Below, piece after piece: positions 1 to 11,300 of a stretch of 64,000 nt of DNA (positions within the stretch are counted from its first letter, which is position 1; each line of letters starts with the position of its first letter). Source of the stretch: an uncultured Alistipes sp. (GTDB taxonomy: Bacteria; Bacteroidota; Bacteroidia; Bacteroidales; Rikenellaceae). The notes below the pieces were generated by a model that searched no databases, was not told the origin of the DNA, and was given only the letters and a program-made list of their open reading frames with translations. Where the stretch lies: contig CALUNG010000009.1 in the NCBI GenBank assembly GCA_944321955.1, positions 597-64,596 of the forward strand, given 5' to 3'. The position numbers and the translations under genes were made by a program.

Positions 1-1996
1 ACTTGCCGCTGTTGGTGACGGGGATGCTCAGGTGTATGTCGCCTCCGGCATTCATCCTTGCGGACGATACCGTCGGTGTGCCGTATTCGAACTCGGTATA
101 GCTCAGGCCGTGCCCGAACGAAAAGAGAGCCGGAATTTTTTTCGTATCGTGCCACCGGTATCCGACCAATATGTCTTCGGCGTATGTTACCTGCGGATCA
201 GCACCGCCATCGACAAGCGAACCGGGAATCGCCGTTTCGGATTTCTCTCCGCGTTCGATGCCGGGGTAGTTCTTCGGGTCTCCCGAGGCGTGGGCCGCGC
301 AGTCGGACAATCTGACGGGAATCGAATATGGCAGTTTTCCCGACGGGTTTACGCGTCCGCTGATGACGTCGGCGATAGAGAGACCGCCCATGCTGCCCAG
401 ATACGAGGCATGCAGTATTGCGGGTACGCGATCGACCCACGGCATTGCATAGGCGTTGCCGCTGATATTCATGATTACGATGTTCGGATTGACTTGGACC
501 AGAGCTTCGATAAGCTCATCCTGTCCGAACGGCAGATTGTATGATTTTCTGTCGGTCGATTCGCAATCCTGGTATGCATTTTTATTCAGGCCACCTATAT
601 AAATAACGACATCGGCGGTTCGGGCCAATGCCACGGCCTCGTTACGCAGGGAATCCATAGTTGCAGCCGGCACCTCTTCCACGCGTTCATATAACGGGCG
701 TCCGCAGGCATATCCTCGGGTGTATATGATCTTGTCGCCGTAGATCTTCTCAAGGGCCTGAAGGGGCGATACGGTATCCTTCGGTTTCAGTTCCGACGAG
801 CCGCCGCCATCCGTAAGCCGCCGCGTGGCATTGTCGCCGACGACAAGAATGCGCTTGTACTTGTCGGGCTGCAACGGTAAAATGCCGTTGTTCTTGAGCA
901 GAACTATCGACTCGTCTCCTATGGCTTTGGCCGTAGCATAGTGCTCTTCGGTGCAAAGCGATCCCCATGGGCGTGCGGGATTCATGGATGTGCGGAATAT
1001 GAGACGCAGTATGTTGCGTGCCTTGTCGTCGACCGTCTGCATCGGGACTTCGCCCTTTCGCAGCATCTCGAGATAGGGCGTGGCCAGATAGTAGCTGTCG
1101 TATCCGAGGGCGCTTTCGGAGGTGAGTCCGTTAGTGTAGGTTCCCATCTCGATGTCGAGCCCGTTGAGTGCGGCTTCACGCGTATCGTGTGCTCCGCCCC
1201 AATCGGTGATGACACAACCGTCGAATCCCCACTCTCCGCGCAGGATGTCGTTGAGCAGAACGCTGTTGTGACAGCAGTGCTGTCCCAGATAGCGGTTGTA
1301 GGCGCCCATTATGCTCCATGCTCCGCCCTCCACTACGGCTTTGCGGAATGCCGGCAGGTATATCTCCCTGAGAGCCCGTTCGCTTACCACGACATCGACA
1401 GTTCCGCGCCATTTCTCCTGGTTGTTCAGCGCAAAGTGCTTGACGCATGCGGCGACGCCGTTCTTCTGTACTTCCCTGATATAGGGTACGGCAAGTTCTC
1501 CTGCCAGGTACGGGTCTTCGCCCATGTATTCGAAATTACGGCCGTTGAGAGGCGTACGGTAGATATTTACTCCCGGGCCCAAAAGCACGTCTTTCTCACG
1601 GTAGCGTGCCTCTTCGCCGATCGCACGACCGTAGCGTGCAGCCGTGTCGGGATTCCATGTTGCGGCGAGAGCCGTCAGCGCCGGAAATGCCGTTATCGAG
1701 TCATTGGTCCAGCCGGCATAGTTCCAGCTGTTCCATTCGATTTCGGCCCTTACGCCGTGCGGTCCGTCGCTCATCATAAGTTCGGGGATACCCAGACGGG
1801 CGACCCCTGCCGTCGTGAATTTGCTCTGGGCGTGGCACAACGCCACCTTTTCTTCGAGGGAGAGGCGTTTCAATGCATCCTCGACGCGCTCTTCGAGCGG
1901 GGCGTCGGTCTGCATGTATAGCGGGACAGCCTGTTGCGCCCTTGCGCCCGGAACGAGCGCAAGGAGCAACAGGGCGTACATGGATAATCTCTTCAT
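1..1996 (-). CDS. GH3 beta-glucosidase, 3'-truncated by window edge (not in ORF track)
   Basis: Manual translation from ATG 1996: MKRLSMYALLLLALVPGARAQQAVPLY...HAQSKF...SDGPHGVR...GFDGCVITDWGG (GH3 nucleophile context). Signal peptide; Fn3-like tail (HLSIPVTNSGK) reaches base 1 with no stop. Confidence 0.92.
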   Translation of the reverse strand, partial: MKRLSMYALLLLALVPGARAQQAVPLYMQTDAPLEERVEDALKRLSLEEKVALCHAQSKFTTAGVARLGIPELMMSDGPHGVRAEIEWNSWNYAGWTNDSITAFPALTALAATWNPDTAARYGRAIGEEARYREKDVLLGPGVNIYRTPLNGRNFEYMGEDPYLAGELAVPYIREVQKNGVAACVKHFALNNQEKWRGTVDVVVSERALREIYLPAFRKAVVEGGAWSIMGAYNRYLGQHCCHNSVLLNDILRGEWGFDGCVITDWGGAHDTREAALNGLDIEMGTYTNGLTSESALGYDSYYLATPYLEMLRKGEVPMQTVDDKARNILRLIFRTSMNPARPWGSLCTEEHYATAKAIGDESIVLLKNNGILPLQPDKYKRILVVGDNATRRLTDGGGSSELKPKDTVSPLQALEKIYGDKIIYTRGYACGRPLYERVEEVPAATMDSLRNEAVALARTADVVIYIGGLNKNAYQDCESTDRKSYNLPFGQDELIEALVQVNPNIVIMNISGNAYAMPWVDRVPAILHASYLGSMGGLSIADVISGRVNPSGKLPYSIPVRLSDCAAHASGDPKNYPGIERGEKSETAIPGSLVDGGADPQVTYAEDILVGYRWHDTKKIPALFSFGHGLSYTEFEYGTPTVSSARMNAGGDIHLSIPVTNSGK

Positions 1997-2002
1997 GGCG
2001 TA

Positions 2003-3256
2003 TTATTCGAGAGTTATCTTGTCGACGAAGTATCCGTGACCTACGCACATGAAGCCGTAGTCGTTGTTGATCAGGTCGATGCGTTCCTGCGTCATCTCGA
2101 TCTCAATCAGGCCGTCTTCGGTCGGGATTATGTCGTCGGCATCGGATTCGCCGATCAGACGCGTCCATCCTCCCGTTACCACGCGTATCTGATGGTATTC
2201 GGCCGAGGTGTCGATCGAATAGTATATCCTGAGGAGCGAGCCTACACGGGCGTCGCCCAGAAGATAGCGGGCCCCCTCGAAGTTGGCCTCGCCCCAGTTT
2301 ACAACGGCGAAGTGTCCTTCCCAGATCGTTACTTCGGATGTCATCAGTATCTGTGTCTCTGGATAGAGCTGTCCGTCTGCCGCACCGAACATTACGGCCT
2401 CACCTCCCGAGGTCGTGCCGGTCATGACATACTCCTCGCCGCTTGTCAGTTCGGCCGGACATGTGAATGTCAGTTCGCCGGAGCTCTGCGAGTCGAAGGT
2501 CTCTACCGTTATTCCTCCGATTGTCATCGATGTCACCTCGTCGAGCATTACTCCCGACAGTATTACCTTGCCTCCCGGAGCTGCGGTAGAGGCACCTTCG
2601 AGAACGGTCGCGCCGGTCAATACGGTAACCGTATTGGCTCCGTATCTCTCTCCTGCGCTGTCGAGAAGCGACAAGCGATGTTTGCCTGCTTCGATCTCTG
2701 CGGGTACGGTGTATTCTATGGCCGAAGTTTCGGCGTTGTATCTGAAGTCCGTTACCGGTATGTCGCCTGCCACTATTCCGCTGACCTTGTCGAGATTCGT
2801 TCCTGTGAATGCGGCTTCCATTCCCGGGGCTACATATCGCTCCAGTCCTGTCTCTTCCGACCATGGGTCTCCGTCCAGCGGCGTAACCTCGATGAGACAT
2901 TCGCGATATGTGGATTTGCCTTTGGTCGTGGTGGCCTCCACGCGCAGGGTATATGTTCCGGCTTCGAGCGGCATGTCGATCGTCAGGCCGGTATGGACAG
3001 CCTTACCGTCCAGATACCATGTTACGGTGGTGTAAAGCGAAGGTGTTACGACCATCTCGATGTTCAGGTTCGTGTCACGGCTGAAGGACTGGTATATCGC
3101 CAGGTCTCCGGTAGCGGTTCTGTCAGGGAAGATGGGGTCGATGATGCATGGTTGGTCATCGGGCGTTATGGTCGAAAACGGCTCTTCTTTCTTGCACGAT
3201 GCGAATGCAAGCGAAGCTGCGAGTGCCGCCAGAAACAATATGTGTTTGCTTTTCAT
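2003..3256 (-). CDS. Surface glycan-binding lipoprotein (SGBP-B type; Ig/IPT-TIG domains plus C-terminal beta-sandwich)
   Basis: Lipobox FASC followed by KKEE; directly downstream of susD; Ig/IPT-like segments; Trp-containing C-terminal domain. Resembles, from memory, the B. ovatus mixed-linkage glucan SGBP-B. Confidence 0.85.
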   Translation of the reverse strand: MKSKHILFLAALAASLAFASCKKEEPFSTITPDDQPCIIDPIFPDRTATGDLAIYQSFSRDTNLNIEMVVTPSLYTTVTWYLDGKAVHTGLTIDMPLEAGTYTLRVEATTTKGKSTYRECLIEVTPLDGDPWSEETGLERYVAPGMEAAFTGTNLDKVSGIVAGDIPVTDFRYNAETSAIEYTVPAEIEAGKHRLSLLDSAGERYGANTVTVLTGATVLEGASTAAPGGKVILSGVMLDEVTSMTIGGITVETFDSQSSGELTFTCPAELTSGEEYVMTGTTSGGEAVMFGAADGQLYPETQILMTSEVTIWEGHFAVVNWGEANFEGARYLLGDARVGSLLRIYYSIDTSAEYHQIRVVTGGWTRLIGESDADDIIPTEDGLIEIEMTQERIDLINNDYGFMCVGHGYFVDKITLE

Positions 3257-3286
3257 AATTCACGAAATGTTTTTAATGTGTATGGA

Positions 3287-4966
3287 TTATTCAACATCCC
3301 ACCATACGGGGATATTCCAGCTGTTTGTACCGCCCATTCGTTCGAGAGCTTCGTTGTAGCTGTCGGTGTTGTACGACGATTCGAGGCGGGGATAGCACAG
3401 TCTTACGGGTATCTCCTGGCTGTCTACCAGTACGTTGCTGTAGCCGTACTCCGCCGGGGACTTGAGTCGCGGGAATCCGCTGCGTCGCTGGTTCGCCCAG
3501 CATTCGTACGGGTTTGTGAAGTGCAGGATCCACGCCTGGGTGTTTATCAGTTCCCGCTTGATATCGTCGTCGACGTTTGCAAAGTGGAGGTTGTCGAGAT
3601 ATGCTGTTATCTCGTCGGCCTTGACACTGGAGCACCCGTAACTGTCGACAAGGAAGTTTATGGCCTCCGTTACGCCCTCCGTGAAGAGTGTGGCGACATT
3701 TGTCTCGACGGCCCAACCGTTGATTTTCGCTTCAGCCAGCAGGAACTTGACCTCGGCCGAAGTCATTACGACTCCCGGGTTGTCGCTCTTCAGGAAGTTG
3801 TTGGCGAGTTTCGGGATGCTTGCGTACGACATGTTGTTGGCGAAATCCGAATCGGTCTCGCTGTATTGTTCGGTCAGGGCGCTGGTGTATTGGCGCGGCC
3901 ACGGCTCCCATGCGAACGAACCGGGGGTGCGCGCATCTGCCTTCATGTCCCAGCCGCTCTCGATCATCTCGTCGGTAAGGTCTATGCGGTTTTCGGGACT
4001 TGTAAGGCTCATGATGCCGTCATAGTAGAAGCGTGCGATCATGAATGTACGCGGGTCTCCCGTGTCGTAAAGCTCATTGAAGAGTGTCGAACAAATATAT
4101 GTCGGGTTGTTGGCCGGGTCGTTTCCGTAGAATCTCTGCGAAAGGGCATTGCCGCGATAGTCGGTATATGCTTCCGAACCGAAACTGAAAGCGACCTCCA
4201 TGTGCTTTACCAGGGCGTTGTCCGCTGCAGTTTCAATTATGCCACCTTCATCCTGCAGGGCTGCCTCAAATTCGGCTTGTGCCTTCTGAGGGTTCACGTT
4301 GGAGATGCGCATGGCGAAACGCAGACGCAGCGAGTTGGCCAGCTTTTTCCATTTTGCGCAGTCGCCTCCGTATATGAGATCACCCGAGATGGCATCGACG
4401 CCTGTCCCTATTTTGGAGGCGGCATCGGCCAGCGTCGTGAAGAAGTCGGCGTAGATCTCCTCCTGTGTGTCGTATTTCGGCGTCGGGTTGTTGTCGATGA
4501 AACCGCGGCCCGCTTCGAAATAGGGTATGTCGCCGTAAATGTCCGTCAGCAGCGACATCATGTAGACCTTGTAAATCCTGATTGCGGCGTTGATGTTGAT
4601 CATCTCCTCGTTGTCGGCGCTGTTGACTTCTGCATCGACGAGGTTCTTGATAGCGATCGGATAGTAACGGGTCCATACCTTGCTCATGTCGTTATCGGAC
4701 ATCATGTGTCGTCCGCCGTAGTTTGTCGTGTTCCAGCAGCCCATTGTCTGTTGCGTGAATGCATAGGTATAGCTGCGGAAAGTCTCGGTGAGGTCCAGAT
4801 CGCCGTATGTCTGCAACTGGGCCGTGGTGAGCTGTGCATTCGGGTCGAGGGTGGTGGCCTTCGACGGGTCGGTATTGATGCTTTCCATGTAGTCGTCGCT
4901 GCACGATGCGAACAGAAGCAGGCCGACTGCCGGGAGAATTATCCTGAATAATCTTAAGTGTTTCAT
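3287..4966 (-). CDS. susD: SusD/RagB family glycan-binding lipoprotein
   Basis: Lipobox FASC; TDIYGDIPYFEA, W..LANSLRLRFAMR, ECWANQRRSGFP, C-terminal WWD; follows susC. Confidence 0.95.
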   Translation of the reverse strand: MKHLRLFRIILPAVGLLLFASCSDDYMESINTDPSKATTLDPNAQLTTAQLQTYGDLDLTETFRSYTYAFTQQTMGCWNTTNYGGRHMMSDNDMSKVWTRYYPIAIKNLVDAEVNSADNEEMININAAIRIYKVYMMSLLTDIYGDIPYFEAGRGFIDNNPTPKYDTQEEIYADFFTTLADAASKIGTGVDAISGDLIYGGDCAKWKKLANSLRLRFAMRISNVNPQKAQAEFEAALQDEGGIIETAADNALVKHMEVAFSFGSEAYTDYRGNALSQRFYGNDPANNPTYICSTLFNELYDTGDPRTFMIARFYYDGIMSLTSPENRIDLTDEMIESGWDMKADARTPGSFAWEPWPRQYTSALTEQYSETDSDFANNMSYASIPKLANNFLKSDNPGVVMTSAEVKFLLAEAKINGWAVETNVATLFTEGVTEAINFLVDSYGCSSVKADEITAYLDNLHFANVDDDIKRELINTQAWILHFTNPYECWANQRRSGFPRLKSPAEYGYSNVLVDSQEIPVRLCYPRLESSYNTDSYNEALERMGGTNSWNIPVWWDVE

Positions 4967-4986
4967 GATTGCGGTTGTACTCTAAG

Positions 4987-7900
4987 TTAGAACTTGACGT
5001 TTACGTTGAAACCGAAGCTTCTGCGCGAAGGCAGCGATCCGTACTCCAGACCCATGCCTGTGGTGTTGTTGTAGTTCGAATCGGGGTCGATGTTGGGGAT
5101 GTTCTTCCAGATGATGAACGGGTTGCGGGCCACGAACGATACCGTCAGGCTCTTGAGCACGCCACGCGACCAGTCGGTCGGAACCTGGTAGCTCAACGTC
5201 AGCTCGCGGCACTTGATGTATGAGTTGTCGTAGATGAACATCGACGGGGCATTCCGGCATACGCTGTACCAGTAATCCTCGGGGTTGATGTAGATGTCGT
5301 TCTTGCGGTATGTGCCGTCGCCGTTGTCTATGACACCCGGGGCGATGAATCCGCCCGTCGGATCCCACTGGTCGCCCTTGGGAACGCCGGCAGCCTGACG
5401 TTCCTGCTCGGAGCGGTACCACTCTTCACGTCCGCGAAGTGTCTCGGGAGCCTTGCCCGATTCGTATGCGGCGCGTGCCGACATCGAATAGAGATCGGCG
5501 CCGACCTTGACGTCGAATATTGCCGACAGCGACAGCGACTTGTAGGTGAAAGTCGTCACGATACCTCCGGTCCAGTCCCACGATGCGTTTCCGAGTACGT
5601 GGTTGTCGCGGTCGTATTGCGGAAGGCCGGTATTCGGGTCGATGAGTATGTCGCCGTTCTCGTTGCGCAGGAAGTCGGGTCCCATCAGCGAGCCGTAGTT
5701 CTCGCCGACCTTGGCCGCCACCTGTACGTCGAGCCATGTTGCCTTTTCGAGTTCGAACATGTCGGTACCCTCGACCAGCGAACGCACCTTGTTGTTGTTC
5801 TTCGAGAAGTTGAGGTTCAGGTCCCACGAGAAGTCGCCGACCTGTACGGGACGCGTATTGAGCGCGATCTCTATACCGGTATTCTCGATCTCTCCGGCGT
5901 TGATCAGTCGGTAGGGATATCCCGACGTGTCGGAGCTGGCCATGCTCATGATCTGATTGCGGCTGATCTGCGTATAGTATGTGAAGTCAAGCCCTATGCG
6001 GCTGTCGAGGAATCGCAGTTCGAGACCTGCCTCGAAGGAGTTGGTCATCGTCGGTTTGAGATTCTTGTTGGGTACCGTGCCGTTGTTGATGTAGCCGATG
6101 GTGTATCCCGGATACGAGAACTTGGACTTGGTGTAGACCAGTCCGAGCTGATACGGATCGGTGTCGCTACCCACCTGTGCCCACGAAACGCGTACCTTGG
6201 CGTACGGCAGTGCCTTTTTGGCGTTGATGAGTTCCGAGAAGATGAAGCTGCCCGATACGGAAGGATATACATACGTATTGTTGTTCACGGGCAACGTGGA
6301 CGACTGGTCGCAGCGCAGCGTCATGTCGAGATAGAGCATGTGTTTCCAGCCGAAGTTTACGGCACCGAATACGGAGTTGATCTGTTTGCGGTAACTGCTG
6401 TCCTCGACGCTGACCTCATTGAAGCTCATGAGAGCGATCACGTCGCGGATCTTCATGTCCTGTGCCGTCGTGACGGTGGTTTTGTTGTCGACCATGTAGA
6501 GGTTGGCGCCCAGCGTGGCGTTGAGGTCGAAGTCACCCCACGAGTTGTTGTATAACGCAAGGAACTCGGCGTTGTACATGCGGTTGAAGAAGTTGCTGCG
6601 CTGCAGGTATCCCGATTCGTATCCGGGAGTCGTTGCAGCCTTGAAGTCCTCGAACTGGAACCAGTTGAACTCGGCACCGACCGTACCCTGCAGTTTGACG
6701 TGCTTCCCGATGTTCCATACGGCCTTTCCGTTGAGACGGAACGAATCCTTGCCCGAGACGTTACGGTTCTTGTATATGTCCCAGTACGGGTTGACGTTGT
6801 ACGGGTCCATACCGTTCCAGTTGGCGTATTCGCCGTTCTCATCCTCGTAGTTTCTCAGCCAGGCCTGGTCGTATGTCGTGGCCAGGGTCATGAGGTTCTT
6901 GCCGATGTTGGCCTTGCTGTCGCCCAGAGCGGGGCGGTTCTTCACGTCCTCACGGGTGTAGTTGACTCCGAAATCGAGGTCTACCTTTGCTATGGATGTG
7001 TTGGTTCGCAGGTTGAACGTGTTGCGGTCCATGTAGGTGTTTGGCACGATGTCGCGGTTGTGCATGTTGGTGTATGAGAAACGCACTCCCGTCTTGTTGC
7101 TGGTTGCGCCTACGATAACGCTGTTCGTGGTGGTGAAACCCGTACGGAAGAAGCCCGACGTATTGTCGGGGATGATCAGGTACGGACGCTCGACTCCGTC
7201 GAAATAGCGCAGCATGTTGCTGCCGTCGGCTTTCGGACCCCAGCTCTTGTTGGTGTTGGATACGGCGTCGTAGCTGTATGTACCGTTGCTGCCCATTCCG
7301 TATGTCTCCTGCACGTCATCCCATTTGGCCAACTGCGTGTCGATGGTGAACGTACCGTTGTATTCGACGCTGAAACGTTCCTTCTCGTTTGCTCTTTTGG
7401 TGGTTATGAGAATCACGCCGTGGCTTGCGCGGCTGCCGTAGAGAGCCGATGCGGCCGGACCCTTCAAAACGGACATGCTTTCGATGTCGTCGGGGTTGAT
7501 GCTCGAGATGCCGTCTCCGAGATCGTATCCTCCGTACGTTCCGGCGCTGCCGTAGTTGGTGTTGTCGAGAGGCACGCCGTCGACCACGTACAGAGGCTGG
7601 TTGTTGCCGGTCATCTCGGTGCTACCTCTTAATATAACGCGCGTCGATCCCGACGGTCCGCCAGCCGTCTGGCTGATAACCAGACCCGGAACGCGGCCGG
7701 CCAGCGAGTTTATCACGTTGGTCTCCTTGGCCTTGGTGAGGAGATCGCCCTTGACCTCTGCTATTCCGTATCCGAGGGCCTTGCGGTCACGTTTTATTCC
7801 GAGGGCCGTTACCACCACTTCGCCAAGCATCTGGCTGTCTTCGGTGAGCGAAACCTCGATGAATGTACGGTTGTTTACCGGTGCCTCCTCGGTCTTGTAT

Positions 7901-8181
7901 CCCAGAAAGTCGACGACAAGCGTCGCATCCGGAGAGACGCTGATTTGGAATTGGCCGTCGATGTCGGTCACCGTTCCGTTGGTCGTATCCTTCTCGACCA
8001 CGCTGGCGCCGGCTACGGGCCCGTTGTTGTCCTTGACCACTCCTTTGACCACGACAGGTTCAGCCTGCAGCGACAGGGTGGCGCTTGCTTCGTTGTTTGT
8101 TGCATGGCCGTTGACGATTCCTCCGCCGAGGGATAGAAGTGCGGTCATTGTCAGCAACACGCATTTGTAGAGTTTGTTCAT
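4987..8181 (-). CDS. susC: SusC/RagA TonB-dependent transporter
   Basis: CarboxypepD-like N-terminus, plug motifs (PLYVVDGVP, DIESMSVLKGPAASALYGSRASHGVILITTK), C-terminal beta-barrel ending VNVKF. Confidence 0.97.
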   Translation of the reverse strand: MNKLYKCVLLTMTALLSLGGGIVNGHATNNEASATLSLQAEPVVVKGVVKDNNGPVAGASVVEKDTTNGTVTDIDGQFQISVSPDATLVVDFLGYKTEEAPVNNRTFIEVSLTEDSQMLGEVVVTALGIKRDRKALGYGIAEVKGDLLTKAKETNVINSLAGRVPGLVISQTAGGPSGSTRVILRGSTEMTGNNQPLYVVDGVPLDNTNYGSAGTYGGYDLGDGISSINPDDIESMSVLKGPAASALYGSRASHGVILITTKRANEKERFSVEYNGTFTIDTQLAKWDDVQETYGMGSNGTYSYDAVSNTNKSWGPKADGSNMLRYFDGVERPYLIIPDNTSGFFRTGFTTTNSVIVGATSNKTGVRFSYTNMHNRDIVPNTYMDRNTFNLRTNTSIAKVDLDFGVNYTREDVKNRPALGDSKANIGKNLMTLATTYDQAWLRNYEDENGEYANWNGMDPYNVNPYWDIYKNRNVSGKDSFRLNGKAVWNIGKHVKLQGTVGAEFNWFQFEDFKAATTPGYESGYLQRSNFFNRMYNAEFLALYNNSWGDFDLNATLGANLYMVDNKTTVTTAQDMKIRDVIALMSFNEVSVEDSSYRKQINSVFGAVNFGWKHMLYLDMTLRCDQSSTLPVNNNTYVYPSVSGSFIFSELINAKKALPYAKVRVSWAQVGSDTDPYQLGLVYTKSKFSYPGYTIGYINNGTVPNKNLKPTMTNSFEAGLELRFLDSRIGLDFTYYTQISRNQIMSMASSDTSGYPYRLINAGEIENTGIEIALNTRPVQVGDFSWDLNLNFSKNNNKVRSLVEGTDMFELEKATWLDVQVAAKVGENYGSLMGPDFLRNENGDILIDPNTGLPQYDRDNHVLGNASWDWTGGIVTTFTYKSLSLSAIFDVKVGADLYSMSARAAYESGKAPETLRGREEWYRSEQERQAAGVPKGDQWDPTGGFIAPGVIDNGDGTYRKNDIYINPEDYWYSVCRNAPSMFIYDNSYIKCRELTLSYQVPTDWSRGVLKSLTVSFVARNPFIIWKNIPNIDPDSNYNNTTGMGLEYGSLPSRRSFGFNVNVKF

Positions 8182-8230
8182 AGATAGTTGGTTTTTGGTT
8201 AGTTGAATCTCCTTGCGGATTTCCTTGTTA

Positions 8231-8286
8231 CAAAATTCATTATAAAATGTTTTTTTGCGGTTCGATAGCGTACATATAAGGTTTGA
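8231..8286 (-). promoter_or_regulatory. susC promoter: degenerate -7 box (GAATTTTG) with putative HTCS operator TCAAACC-N14-TCGAACC
   Basis: Minus strand reads TCAAACC TTATATGTACGCTA TCGAACC-N20-GAATTTTG; same geometry and 20/28 identity with the site upstream of GH5. Confidence 0.65.
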
Positions 8287-8344
8287 ATACGTGCGTTTTT
8301 GTCAAAATGGGGATGCTATATTGGTTATTTAGAAACTCTTTTGT

Positions 8345-8352
8345 TATATTTG
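8345..8352 (+). promoter_or_regulatory. Bacteroidota -7 box for HTCS gene
   Basis: TATATTTG matches TAnnTTTG, 16 nt before ATG 8369; TTGG 20 nt upstream is a possible -33. Confidence 0.55.
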
Positions 8353-8368
8353 TATTATCGACAATCCC

Positions 8369-11300
8369 ATGCGGCAACGGATTATAACATCTATTCTATT
8401 GGCGGCGGGCCTTTTTGCCGGGCTCGTGCGGTCTGTTGCCGCCGTACCCGGATCGGGTTATACGGTAAAATCCATGGGCGTTGCCGAAGGCCTTGGCAGT
8501 CAGCGTGCCTACAAGGTCTGCTGCGATTCGGACGGGGCTCTGTGGGTGGCTACCATTGACGGCGTGGACCGGTGGAACGGCCGCACGATGAAACATTACG
8601 ACCTTGAGAGCAACATGAAGTTCTCGGATGCATCGGGCCGTACCATTTCGCTGGCTTTCGACGTTGGACATCGGCTTCATGCCTACGACAATGCCGGTCG
8701 CATCTATCGTTTCGATGCCATGAGCGACCGTTTCGAGCTGTACATCAATATTGCTGAGTATGAAGGCGACGGACTTACGGTCAACAGCGTCTGCTTCGAC
8801 AGCCGTTCGAAACTGTGGATCGGATTGAGCAACGGGGCATGCCGTCTTGATCCCGAAACCCATGAGTTGAGATGGATTGTCCGCGACGTATTCGTTACGG
8901 ATGTGATCGAACTGCCTCATGGAATGGCCGTGGCGTCGACGCATGGAATACATATATTTACGCGCGAAGGAACACCGCTGCATCGTCTTTGTGAAAACGT
9001 CTACATGCAGAGTCTCTATGTCATGCCGGATGACGGTTTGCTGTTTGCCGGGACGTTCAGCAACGGATTGCGTGTCATCGATCTTGCAACGTACCGTGTG
9101 CTCGATATTCCGCAGCTCGACCTGCTGCCGCATACGCCCGTAAGGAGCATGTTGGCACAGGATGAATCGACGCTGCTTGCAGGTTTTGACGGTGACGGCG
9201 TCTATGCCGTGGATCTGCAGACGTGGCGTATCGCTCCGCAATTTACGAAGGCCAACGGACTGCTCAATGCCATGGGAGTCTACTCCATGTGTCTGGACGG
9301 TGAAGACGATGTGTGGGTTGCGACGTATACGGGAGGGGTGACCATGCTGTCGCGCGAGGATCATCCCGTATTGCTGCTTCAGCAGCCGGCGGAGGGCATA
9401 GACGGACTCTCAGACAACAATGTCAACTCGCTGGTAGAGACATCTCCCGGAGAGTTGTGGATCGCTACGGATGACGGTGTAAGCGTATTCGACATTTCGG
9501 ACAACTCATGGCGTCATATACTTAAGGGATGTGTCTGTCTCGGAATAACGCATGACCGCAAACGCGGCCGCGTCGCAGTGGCTACGTACGGTAATGGGGT
9601 GTATGTGTATGATACCGCTCTGCACCGTCTTGCGCACTACAATTCTGAAAACAGCCCCATGCTTTCGAGCTATGTTCCAGCCGTGCAATATGACGGCAGC
9701 GGCAGCCTGTGGGTGGCGCAGCTCGACGACGATGCGATGTTGCTCGAGTGGCCGTCGAATCGTTGGCGGAGGCTCGACGTGCCGAAGGTGCGCTGCCTGT
9801 GCGAGCACGGCGACTCGATCATGGCGGCGGGCATGGTCGACGGTATCGCTCTGATTGACAAACATACCGGCGAGGTACGCCGGAGAATCGATGCCGTTGC
9901 ACTGGCCGGCCATGATGTCAATACGTTCGTTCATGCCATGGCTTTTGTAGACGAGGAACACCTGTGGCTGGGAAGTGACGGCGGAGGCCTGTATCTGTTC
10001 AATCTCGATACGGGCGGATTTGAGCAGGTCACTACTGAAAACCGTCTGCCTTCCAATCGAATATATGCACTTGTCGTCGACCGTAACAGGAACATGTGGA
10101 TAGGTACGGATCACGGTCTGTCGTGCATGGCGGCTGAGAGCGACATGTCTTTATACAACCTCAATTACCGTCGGGAGATGCGGCGAAGCTTCAATCGTTC
10201 GGCTGCATGTCTGCTCTCCGATGGCCGTATCGCCATGGGCAGCACGTCGGGACTGCTGATCTTCTCTCCCGGCATATCGCTTAGCGGTCATGAACCGCAT
10301 GTGTTGCGATTTACCGATTTCCGTATAGACAACATAAGCTCCGATGAAGAACGGAAGATGCTGTCGGAGTGGAACCGCATGCTCGAGGCGGGTTCGGTTG
10401 AACTGAGCCATCGTCACAATTCGTTCTCGGTCGATATCGAGAGTATATGTTATCGATACAGCGATGATCTGGCCTACCGTTATTGTCTTGAGGGATTCGA
10501 CAATGACTGGAGTCCGTTGAGCCGTAACGAGCATGTCCAGTACAAGAACCTGCCGCCAGGAGATTACGTTTTCAGGGTGCGATCTTACAGCATCAACAGC
10601 GGCATGCAGCTCGACGAACGCAATGTCGGCATTTCCATCCGGTATCCGTGGTGGTTGCGCTGGTGGGCATGGATCGTTTACGGGTTGATCGTGGCGGTCG
10701 CGGTACGCAGCCTGTGGCGTTACAAGCGCCGCAAGTTGCAGATGCGCTACATGAACGAGAAGATGGACTTTTTCGTAAGCATTGCCCATGACATACGTAC
10801 TCCCTTGACACTGGTCAAGGCTCCGCTCGACATACTTGACATGGACCGCAATCTGGACCGTGAAGCACGCCATCAGGTGGGCCTGGCGCGCCGAAACCTG
10901 CACAAGTTGCTCGAGATGCTGTCGCAGTTGTTCGAGGTCGAGCGCATGGAGCATTTCAATGCCCGGCCTCAGTGTGAAGCCGTATCATTGGGGCGGGTGA
11001 TAGACGATATGGTGACGGCGTTCGTGCCACTGTGCCAGCATGAAGGCGTCGAGCTGAAGGTCGGCGACGTACCCGACGGCCTGTATGTCGAAGCAGACGT
11101 GACGTTGTTGAACCGCATACTTAACAACTTGCTGTCCAATGCCGTGAAATATACGCCGTCGGGCGGCCGGGTCCGTATTTTCGTCGAAGAGTCGCGCCAT
11201 ACGGTCCGCATATCGGTAGAGGACAACGGCATAGGCATATCGGACAATGAACAGCAACGTCTCTTCACGAGTTTCTTCCGTGCCAGCAACGCGATCAATT

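Noticed and set aside
2036-4951. 971-aa plus-strand ORF and similar long antisense ORFs (941-1921, 13902-16106, 28252-29478, 29704-31083, 40570-42015)
   Set aside because: Shadow frames of well-supported opposite-strand genes caused by high GC3 codon bias; no family motifs.
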